Assembly: GCA_918797485.1 (NCBI GenBank)
Contig: CAKKNE010000003.1
Span: forward strand, 1,240,001 to 1,304,000
DNA from: Pelagomonas calceolata
Lineage: Eukaryota
Direction: 5' to 3'
DNA length: 64,000 nt
Below, in pieces: positions 56,256 through 64,000 of the stretch; positions within the stretch are counted from its first letter, which is position 1; each line of letters begins with the position of its first letter. The notes beneath the pieces were generated by a model that worked only from the letters and a program-made list of their open reading frames with translations, did not search any database and was not told where the DNA came from. The position numbers and the translations under genes were made by a program.

Positions 56256-57087
56256 ATGGAGGAAGCGCCGGCGAGGAAGAAGACCCGTCTCGTGGCGGTC
56301 GAACAAAAGCACACGAGCGTCGCCTGCTCCTGCGGCAAGGTGAGAGTTATATTCGTGCCCGCGATCGGGTACGGCGAGGCCGCGACGAGTAAGTGGCGCA
56401 ACGAGTGCTGCTGCGTCGACTGTTACCAGAAGGTCACTCGGTCGAAGGGCTTCAATTCGCCTGCGGTGAAGAAGCGCGAGCAACCGGTCGAGATCCTGTC
56501 CAACGCCGTGCCCCACGCCTCGTCGCCCCCCTGACGCCATCGCCGCGACCGCCCGACGCCTCCGACGCAGGTACTTCATGAACCGCATGCACGTCACGGG
56601 GAAAGAACATCTCAAATTCAGCAAGCTGCGGGACGACGCGATGACCATCAACATGACGGCAAAATGCTGTGACACGCTGCTCTGCGGCCAGAGTACGCGC
56701 TACCACGGCAACGCCGTGTGCACATGGCCCTGCGCCGCCCGGTTCAGCTCGCCGTTGAAACACGGCGGCGACCCCTTCGATGTAACCCGTCTCCGGTGTT
56801 GGATCGCGGACTGGCCAAAGGCAAAGTACGAAAAGTTATGGTCCGCGGACAAGGTGCCGGGTTGGTTTATGGTCCGCGACAAGGTCCATTACCACGGCGC
56901 CGCGGCGCAGGAACTCTACGACCACTTCCGCCACTGCCTGCTCTTCGGCCCGGCCGATGAGTGGCCGGGCGAGAGCTTCGAGGACCTCCTCGCTGCAACT
57001 CGCGGCGGCGAGGTCGAGTGCCTCAATCTGCCGGAGGGCGCGGGCAGCTTCCGGAGCCCCTCGGTTGCCCCGAGGCACCTCCGATAA
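56256..57087 (+). CDS. GFA/CENP-V/Mss4-like zinc protein
   Basis: ACSCGKV, CCCVDC, AKCCDT. Intron 56498-56570 joins the two ORFs in frame. Confidence 0.65.
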
Positions 57088-57098
57088 GGTTAAAACAA

Positions 57099-57731
57099 TT
57101 AGGTCGCAGGCTTCAGTCCCTCGGGCGCCTCTGAGGGCGCCTCCTCGTCCGTCGCCGCGGCCTCGTCGGGAAACGCGAACTCCCCGAGCACCCGCTCCCG
57201 CGCCGCCCGCGCGACGGCGCGCCGCTCCTCCCACTTCCGGCGCTGGCGCGGGTTGTGCGCGTCGCGGATTTTGGCCTCGAAGTCCACGGCCGCGACGGTC
57301 ACGTTGAGGTGGCCCGACCGTTTTCTTATAGTGCCGGAGCGCCCGCGGCCCATGATCTTGAGCCGCTTCATGAAGGGCGCCGGCGTCACGAAGCATCGCT
57401 CGATTTCCAATTCCTCGGGCACCAGCTCGTGCTGCGCCGCCGCGCGCTGGGCGCAGCGCTCGATGGCCGCGGCGACCGTTGGCGCGAATCGTTTCGGCGT
57501 GAACTGCAGCTGCGCCAGCGCGTCGGGCACCCAGAGCCTCCTTACTAATTTCGCGATGAGGTTGAGCTTGCGCGGCGAGTGGCGGACGCGCTCGTGCTTG
57601 TAGGACGTCGCCGTCGGACGCGGTGGCGGCGCGTAGTGAGTCATCGCGCGCGCCAGCGGTGGCGCTTGCCGCGCGTTCAGCGGTGCTCGCCGCGCTGGCA
57701 ATGCGGCTAAACGCCTCGCCAGCATCATCAT
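57099..57731 (-). CDS. MRPL22: Mitochondrial ribosomal protein uL22
   Basis: Arg-rich presequence, RHSPRKLNLIAKLVR, ALAQLQFTPKR, GRGRSGTIRKRSGHLNV. Confidence 0.9.
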   Translation of the reverse strand: MMMLARRLAALPARRAPLNARQAPPLARAMTHYAPPPRPTATSYKHERVRHSPRKLNLIAKLVRRLWVPDALAQLQFTPKRFAPTVAAAIERCAQRAAAQHELVPEELEIERCFVTPAPFMKRLKIMGRGRSGTIRKRSGHLNVTVAAVDFEAKIRDAHNPRQRRKWEERRAVARAARERVLGEFAFPDEAAATDEEAPSEAPEGLKPAT

Positions 57732-57844
57732 TGATGCTACAGTGCTGCGGTCAGCGAAGGGCCGATTAATGGCATGAATTGCCAGTCACAGAAGGATCGG
57801 TAAGGGCCAGCGCGAGCGCGCTTTGCGCCTTGGGCTGCTCACTT

Positions 57845-57868
57845 GCTAGTGTCTTACATGCCGCTAGC
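57845..57868 (-). promoter_or_regulatory. Conserved upstream motif copy
   Basis: GCTAGTGTCTTACATGCCGCTAGC between divergent genes. Confidence 0.7.
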
Positions 57869-58067
57869 TAATTATTGTGTGCCGCTTCCAAGCGCGTCGG
57901 TTTTGCAATATACAAGCACGCTATCGCGGCCGTGACCGTGAAGAGCGAGTATAGCTTCGATCCGTCGGCAGGCCGCGGTTGGCAGCGGTGGGGCAGCGGT
58001 TGGGGCAGCGGTTGGGCAGCGGTAGGCCTCGCACAAGCTACGGCCCGTACAAGAGAGAGGCATCACA

Positions 58068-59837
58068 ATGCGCCGCACCCATCATAAGAGAGGAGAAGCA
58101 ATTCCGCGCGCGTTCCGCGGCGAGGACAAGAAAAAGAGCGCGGGCGGCGGCACGCCAATCGTCATCATCGCCGCGCTGCTCGGCGCCGTCTATTACGCGA
58201 CACGCGCGCATCCGACGCAACACGCCGCCGCGCACGAAGGTGAAATCATGAAACTCATCGACGCCCAGAACCGCACGATCGCCGCGCTGCGCGGCGCCGC
58301 CGCGCGCGCGGTCGCGGAGCGCGCCTCAATTGCCGGCGCGACCACGACGCTGGCCGACCGACCGCCACCATCTCAACCCGCCGCGCCGAGCGCGACGGGC
58401 GCCGCGGACCTCTCCGGCGTCCGGGACCACTCGATCCTGGGGTTGGACGAGGCGACGTTCCGCGCGACGAGCGTCGCAGAATTACTAAAAGCCTACGCGC
58501 CGACGCTGGGCGGCGGCACGTGCGAGCGCGACTTCGGGAACGGCCTCATCAACCGGTGGCGCGGCGAACGGAAGACCTACTGCGCGCCCAAGGCAACGGG
58601 AGGCTCGCAGGTCGACTGTTTTTTGGTGAAGCAGTCGAACCACGCGGGCGCGGGCGACAACTTGTGCTTAGGAAAGAACATACGTATGAACTTCCGGGAC
58701 TTCGCCGGGGACTTGCCGCGGACGTATGTCAAACGCTACGTCGACAGCCGGCACCAGCAGCAGCACTCGAAAATAAAATATAGCAAGGGCACCTGGGCCG
58801 GCACCTGCGCCACCACACAAGAGTGGCAGGCGCGCTTCTTCCCGGGCTGGAACGTGAACTGGTACCACGGCTTTCAGTCAGTTGACGACCTGCAATGTGA
58901 GGTAAGGGAAAGCGCCCCAACTTTAATAATTGAGCGGGACACGTTCGCGAACTTCTTTCATGATTCTGAGGACTTTGTCAATACGTTGATCGCGTTAGCT
59001 ATCCTCGAGTGGAATGTGAAGGATCTACAAATCCTGATCACGGACCTCTACCCCAAGGGCCCGTTCTGGCCCATCTGGGACCGGGTCTTCTTTGGTTCTC
59101 GAAAACCACTCACGTCGTGGGACATCAAGCAGAAGTACGGCACGAAGAATGTGTGTTTTGATAATGCGGCGATCGCTATTTTGGGAGCCGCCGCTCCCAT
59201 CACCGTGGCCTCGTTCAACACGAAATGTGCGCGCTCGTCCATCGTGAGGGCGTATTCGGACTTTGTCATCCGAGCGCTCGGATTGCAACTACGTACAAGG
59301 TACCACACGAAGCCGAATCCGCAACGGGTCGTCGTCACCTTCATGGCCCGGCGAAGTTCGGGCATGTGGCCCGAGAAGCGGTTCTGCGATTCACAGACGT
59401 CCTTCTTTTTGTGTGAGTTCGTGCAGCACCTGGGGACGCGGCCGCTCGGGCGGACCATCAAGAACGACAAGGCCGTTGTTGACGCGTTAAAAGGCCTCGA
59501 GCAGCGGTCGTTCGCGAATGGCGCACACGTCGAATTCCGCGATTTAGATTATTCGAAGCTGAGCTTCGAAGAACAAATAGCGGCCAATCTGGACACGGAC
59601 GTCATGGTCGGGCCGCACGGCGCCGGGTTGCTGCACAACATCTTCATGCCGGACCGGGCCGCGCTCGTGGAGCTGTTTATCGATGGAAGTTCGGCGAACC
59701 GCCACTTCCACAATTTGGCGCGGTGGCAGGGGCGGAGCTACTACGGGTCGGCGTTCTCAAATCCCGTAAGAGCGCAGCAGCTCGTTTCCGTCGTCGCGGG
59801 CGCCGTCGCTTCTCTCGATTTATCGAAGCCGTACTGA
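58068..59837 (+). CDS. Glycosyltransferase family 61 (EOGT-like), type II membrane protein
   Basis: N-terminal TM, ANFFH...DF.N, LSFEEQI.....TDVMVGPHGAGL.H..F.P......ELF. Confidence 0.85.
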   Translation: MRRTHHKRGEAIPRAFRGEDKKKSAGGGTPIVIIAALLGAVYYATRAHPTQHAAAHEGEIMKLIDAQNRTIAALRGAAARAVAERASIAGATTTLADRPPPSQPAAPSATGAADLSGVRDHSILGLDEATFRATSVAELLKAYAPTLGGGTCERDFGNGLINRWRGERKTYCAPKATGGSQVDCFLVKQSNHAGAGDNLCLGKNIRMNFRDFAGDLPRTYVKRYVDSRHQQQHSKIKYSKGTWAGTCATTQEWQARFFPGWNVNWYHGFQSVDDLQCEVRESAPTLIIERDTFANFFHDSEDFVNTLIALAILEWNVKDLQILITDLYPKGPFWPIWDRVFFGSRKPLTSWDIKQKYGTKNVCFDNAAIAILGAAAPITVASFNTKCARSSIVRAYSDFVIRALGLQLRTRYHTKPNPQRVVVTFMARRSSGMWPEKRFCDSQTSFFLCEFVQHLGTRPLGRTIKNDKAVVDALKGLEQRSFANGAHVEFRDLDYSKLSFEEQIAANLDTDVMVGPHGAGLLHNIFMPDRAALVELFIDGSSANRHFHNLARWQGRSYYGSAFSNPVRAQQLVSVVAGAVASLDLSKPY

Positions 59838-59880
59838 ATTTTGTTGAAGTAGTCAATTTTACACATAAGGGGGACTACGT

Positions 59881-61314
59881 CTATTGCACGCGCGCCGTGC
59901 GCGTGCAGAGCTCGCAGATCGAGAGGCCCGCCGCCGTCGTCTGCGTGCGGTGCAGCAGGTTCGCGAAGGTGCAGTGCGGGCAGGCCCACTGCGCCGGCGT
60001 CGCGCCCGGGATGACGCGCGCCACGGCCACATCCGAGGAGGGCGGCGGCGCCGCGGCCCGCGCGCGCGGCGGCGGCGGCGCCTGGTACTGCTGTTGCGGA
60101 GGCGGCCGCTGCTGCTGCTGGTGCGCGAGCGCCTGGCGCTGGTTCCACTGGGCGTTGAGTTGCTGCGACTGGCGCGACCGTAAAGCGGCGAGCTCGCGCT
60201 GGACGCGATCCCGGGCGTCCTCGGCGTCGCGCTGCGCGCGCTGGTAGCCCGAGGCCGCCGTGTTCGCCGCCTGCAGCCGCGCCTTCAGCGACTCGATCTC
60301 CGACGCCATGCGCTGGCGGTCGCGCGCGGCCTCGGCGAGAGCCCGCGAGCTCTCCGCTCTCGCGCGCTGCTCGGCGTCCTGGGCCGCGGACCGCGCGCGC
60401 CCCTCCGCCTCGGTGGCGCGCCGCTCGGCCGTCTCCTGCGCGGTCTTCGCGCTGTACGCCTGCTGCGCCGCCGCCTGGGCGTCGCGGCGCGCGGCATCCA
60501 AGTCGCGCTTCGCGCCCTCCAGCTCGGCGCGCGTGCGCTCCAGGTCCCGCTTGAGTTGCGTCTCGCGCGAAGAGGCCTCCTGGCGCCGCTGTTCCAAGGC
60601 CGAGGACCGCCACCTAGAGTTCGACTCGTCCTTGCGCTCCTCGGGTTGTGGAGGCGGCCGCGGCGCGAGGGCCGCGGCCCTTGAAGACGGCTGGGGCGGC
60701 GCGTTGCCCGCGTGGTTGAAGGGGTTTGCCATCGGTCTAGGCTGGGGCGGCTGCACGAGCGGCCGCGGCGGGACCCGCTGGAGCGGCCGCGGCTGCGCGC
60801 GCTGGACCGGCGCCGCCGCCGCCGAGCCCCAGGGCGCGGCCGAGACGGGCGCCGCCTTCTGGCCCGTCGTCAGGTTCGTCACGGACGTGATGGGCTCCCT
60901 ACAACAGGGGCAGGTCGTGCCCTGCTGGGCCTTCATGACGGTTTGGGCGCGCCACTGTTGAATACAAACCGAGCAGAACTCGTGCTGGCCCGAGCAGTCG
61001 GCCCTACGGTCGCAGGGCCGGTCGCAGCAGATCGGGCAGTCGTTGTCGCCCGACGGCGAGGGCGCCTGGCGCGTCGGCGGCGACGCCGTTTGCGGGGGCG
61101 TCACGACGGGGACGGCGGCGACGGCCTTGAGCTTCTCGCGGAGGCGCACCGTCGGGCCCTTGGGCAACCCGAGCGCCGAGAGGCCGTCGTCGTCCAAGGC
61201 CTTGAGCTGGCGCAGCGTCGTGATGTTGGCGGCCTGGAGCTTGGGCTCGTGTTTGGTGATGTTCAGCTCATTCACCAAGGCGGCGAGGGCGTCGGCGCCG
61301 AGTGGATCAGCCAT
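59881..61314 (-). CDS. SAM + RING + coiled coil + RanBP2-type zinc finger protein (putative E3 ligase)
   Basis: LSALGLPKGP (SAM), CPICCD...C..QHEFCSVC...CPCCR (RING), WACPHCTFAN...CELC. Confidence 0.8.
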   Translation of the reverse strand: MADPLGADALAALVNELNITKHEPKLQAANITTLRQLKALDDDGLSALGLPKGPTVRLREKLKAVAAVPVVTPPQTASPPTRQAPSPSGDNDCPICCDRPCDRRADCSGQHEFCSVCIQQWRAQTVMKAQQGTTCPCCREPITSVTNLTTGQKAAPVSAAPWGSAAAAPVQRAQPRPLQRVPPRPLVQPPQPRPMANPFNHAGNAPPQPSSRAAALAPRPPPQPEERKDESNSRWRSSALEQRRQEASSRETQLKRDLERTRAELEGAKRDLDAARRDAQAAAQQAYSAKTAQETAERRATEAEGRARSAAQDAEQRARAESSRALAEAARDRQRMASEIESLKARLQAANTAASGYQRAQRDAEDARDRVQRELAALRSRQSQQLNAQWNQRQALAHQQQQRPPPQQQYQAPPPPRARAAAPPPSSDVAVARVIPGATPAQWACPHCTFANLLHRTQTTAAGLSICELCTRTARVQ

Positions 61315-61542
61315 GGCGCAAAAGGGTCAGCTCGCTAGCTCGGGAAGTGATGGGTTTGCCGCGGCGCGCGTATGCACAAGGGTCAGCTCCTCGAGTCGCT
61401 AGGCGGAAACTAGGGGTCTAGCGTGAGCGCGCGTGCACCACAACTCGCAGAAGTGGTTTTCTGACGCGTAGAAAGGCCGCCGGCGAACCCTGCGGGCCAG
61501 CGGCGCTGTCTATGCTCCAGCTGTCGAGTCGACCTGGTGATA

Positions 61543-61566
61543 GCTAGCGGCCTGTAAGACACTAGC
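61543..61566 (+). promoter_or_regulatory. Conserved upstream motif copy
   Basis: GCTAGCGGCCTGTAAGACACTAGC between divergent genes. Confidence 0.7.
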
Positions 61567-61958
61567 AAACAAAAAAAGCAGAGCCTTACGACAAGTTCAA
61601 GGAGTTCCGGAACGGTGAGGACATGATGGAGTACTTGTGTCCGCCGGGCGAGCAAGCAGCAAAGACAGCAGTCCCAAGCAGCACCAGGTAAAAAGCAGAG
61701 CGGATAGAGGCGCTGGCTCTCGCGGATCACTGGTTTCAAGCTCTACTCGCCGAGCACAATAATAACTCGCAGCAGTTCTGACTGCGCGAACTCATAGCAG
61801 CCAAGCAGAGTGATAGCAAGCTGCAGCCCCAAGAGACAAGCAGCCAAAACAACTCGTCGCCAAAACAACTCGTCGCGCCCGCGCGTCCCCAAATGACACC
61901 ATGCGCGCGAAACATTCACCGCGCGTCCAAAGCCCCGTAGGTCACAGAGGTCACAGCC

Positions 61959-64000
61959 ATGGCGTTCTGGCGCGAGCCGCGGCGGCCGACCGCCGAGGAC
62001 CAGAAGCGCACGAATGAAGTACTGGCGGCCTTCGAGACGTCCTTCGATGGCGGCGCGTCCAAGGCCTTCGTCGCGGCGGGCGGGGGCAGCTACCAGCCGA
62101 CGGAGCCGGCCCGGCCCGTGCAGCCCCACCGGGCGCAGAAGAAGGGTAAGCGCGCGATGGACGAGTTTCTGGAAGAGCTGAAAGCACGGGACGGTTTGCG
62201 GGATCGGGGCTTTACGCTGGATCGCGGCCGGGCGACCTACAATCCTCCTCCAGCAGAAAGGGAGACGTACCAAGGTACGACGAACCTCGTGATAAACAAC
62301 ATGGCTCCTACCGTGACCGAAGAAACGCTCACGAAGGCCTTCGGCCAGTACGGCGATGTCTACTCTGTGAAAGTGATGTGGCCCCGTTCTGAAGATGAGA
62401 GAAGAAGAGGCCGGAACCGGGGCTTCGTGAGCTTTAGAAGCAGGGAGGACGCCGACGACGCGTTGCAGGCCATGGACGACTCGTTGTTGGAGGGCGTGCG
62501 CATCTCCGTGGCCTGGGGCCGGGCCTTGAAGGACCAGCCCGGTGCGGGTGGTGTGGGCTCGACGGCCGCGTCGCGGAGCGCGTACGGCCGAACGCAGCCA
62601 CCGAAGCCGCCGGCGAATCCTACGGTCGCTGCTGCGTTAGAAAAGGCCCGGATGCTGGCCGCCCAACCCCCAAAGCGCGTCGCGAGCGCGGCGGGCGGCG
62701 CTTCTGCCTTCCAAGGAGCTGCATTATCTATGAGACGGTCGCGCTGGGATCAGGTGCACACGCAAAGTGGGGACGGTTTGTCTCAACAAGACTTCGACCA
62801 GGCGCATAAAGTTGTGGTCGTAGCTCCACAAGATGATACTTTAAGACGATTGGCTGATTTGACGGCGAGATTTGTCGCCGCTGACGGGCGGACGTTCGAG
62901 GACTTTATAAGGTTGCGAGAACGGGACCACGGCGACTTCTCCCAACTACTGGACGTGTCGTCCCAAGCGGGCCGCTACTACCGCTATAGAGCTTGGGAGG
63001 CGGCCATGGCCCAGGCGTCGCCCGAGCCGTTCCGCGAGTACGACTTCGAGGGACGGCGCGTCAAGGCCCACCGCATCCAGTGCGGCGGGCCCTTCTGGGT
63101 CGCTCCCGACGTGGCTACTACCGCACAACCGTTGGATGCCGTGAAGAGCATGCCCGCTCTGACGCGGGCCGACGCGCAACGGAAGGCCGAACACGATTTG
63201 ATGGAACGGTCGCGCGAGAACGAGGCGCAGTTGTACGAGAAAAGAGGTGCGAGACGGGGCGACGCGAAGCTCAAGATTAGTGACGCGCTGCAGTTCACCG
63301 AAACGCTGGCCTCGATCAAGCCGTCGCGCGCTGAGGTGAGAGACGCCATGTGCTTCGCTCTGGATAGAGCTGATGCAGCTAGGGAGCTCTCGGAACTACT
63401 AGGCAACGCGCTGACGGAGCCGGCCCAATCTAATGCGTCGGACGAAACGCGCCTCGCGCGACTCTACGTCGCGTCGGATATTTTGCATAATGCGGCGGCG
63501 TGCGGCCGCGGCGCGCGCATGATGCGTTCGCTGTTGAGGCCCTACCTGGCGGCGGCGCTGCACCATCTAGGAACCCGATTACTCGGGCAAAAAGGTTCAA
63601 CATTAGAGCTCGCGAAGACGAACTCGATCATCGACAAGGTCGCCGCTTTATTACAAGTCTGGGGCCGCTGGGCCCAGGTCTTCCCCGCGAACTGGACGTT
63701 TGGTTTGGAGAGCGCGTTCTTCGAGCGGCGCGAGCGGTCGACCGCGCCCGCGACGGACGAAGAGATTGATGAGGAAGCGTTGCGACGGGACGCGCGCATC
63801 GCCGGGTTGTACGACGGCGCCGCGCCCTCCGAACTCAAAGCGTCGCTCGCGCGGCTGCGCTACTACATTAGACATCGGACGATCGGGCTCCCGCCTTCGG
63901 AAGCGTACCGCGAGGCGGCGCGCGAGCACGACGCCCGGGTCGCTTCCATGGCGGTCCCGGCGCCGGTTCCACCAGAATCGGACGACGAGGACGTCGACGG
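61959..64000 (+). CDS. U2SURP: U2 snRNP-associated SURP protein (SR140), 3' end outside window
   Basis: Open frame from ATG 61959 (absent from the ORF track because it has no stop): MDEFLEELK, TTNL, VYSVKVMWPRSEDERRRGRNRGFVSF (RRM), ARFVAADG..FE (SURP), AMCFALD...ARLYVASDILHN (CID). Confidence 0.88.
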   Translation, partial: MAFWREPRRPTAEDQKRTNEVLAAFETSFDGGASKAFVAAGGGSYQPTEPARPVQPHRAQKKGKRAMDEFLEELKARDGLRDRGFTLDRGRATYNPPPAERETYQGTTNLVINNMAPTVTEETLTKAFGQYGDVYSVKVMWPRSEDERRRGRNRGFVSFRSREDADDALQAMDDSLLEGVRISVAWGRALKDQPGAGGVGSTAASRSAYGRTQPPKPPANPTVAAALEKARMLAAQPPKRVASAAGGASAFQGAALSMRRSRWDQVHTQSGDGLSQQDFDQAHKVVVVAPQDDTLRRLADLTARFVAADGRTFEDFIRLRERDHGDFSQLLDVSSQAGRYYRYRAWEAAMAQASPEPFREYDFEGRRVKAHRIQCGGPFWVAPDVATTAQPLDAVKSMPALTRADAQRKAEHDLMERSRENEAQLYEKRGARRGDAKLKISDALQFTETLASIKPSRAEVRDAMCFALDRADAARELSELLGNALTEPAQSNASDETRLARLYVASDILHNAAACGRGARMMRSLLRPYLAAALHHLGTRLLGQKGSTLELAKTNSIIDKVAALLQVWGRWAQVFPANWTFGLESAFFERRERSTAPATDEEIDEEALRRDARIAGLYDGAAPSELKASLARLRYYIRHRTIGLPPSEAYREAAREHDARVASMAVPAPVPPESDDEDVD

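Noticed and set aside
1917..61566. Repeated intergenic motif or introner TIRs as a CRISPR array
   Set aside because: Copies are dispersed kilobases apart with no regular spacers, there are no cas genes, and the context is eukaryotic.
1..64000. Hundreds of overlapping or antisense ORFs in the six-frame track
   Set aside because: They are Arg/Pro/Ala-rich shadows of real genes, expected at high GC3, and contain no family motifs.

Overview
Gene-dense, GC-rich eukaryotic nuclear DNA from a photosynthetic, flagellate alga, most likely a pelagophyte (Pelagomonas/Aureococcus-like). This is inferred from phytoene desaturase, CGLD27/Ycf36, IFT121, short introns and introner-type elements. About 33 protein genes or gene fragments are present, many split by short introns that the ORF track breaks up. 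No rRNA, tRNA or CRISPR array was seen. Three non-coding systems stand out. (1) A family of MITE-like introner elements with TIRs CTGTGTGGAAATCAA...TTGATTTCCACACAG, about 8-bp target-site duplications that supply a GT/GC donor, and an internal ACGCCATCGA/TCGATGGCGT hairpin. They form introns in either orientation and show a decay series. (2) A long conserved motif, GCTAGCG-N(1-5)-GTAAGACACTAG(CAAGC), occurs 15 times in 14 intergenic regions, always upstream of gene starts. (3) A 1.6-kb non-coding DNA transposon with perfect 23-bp TIRs and a 7-bp TSD sits in a divergent promoter. Unusual proteins include a ~2285-aa cysteine-protease plus SF2-helicase-like giant, a DSP-phosphatase/JmjC fusion, a WWE-PH-hydrolase, GlnRS with a CysRS-like tail, and a head-to-head pair of 5'-truncated genes (VTC and an ankyrin-family tail). 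All calls come from manual motif recognition; no database searches were run.
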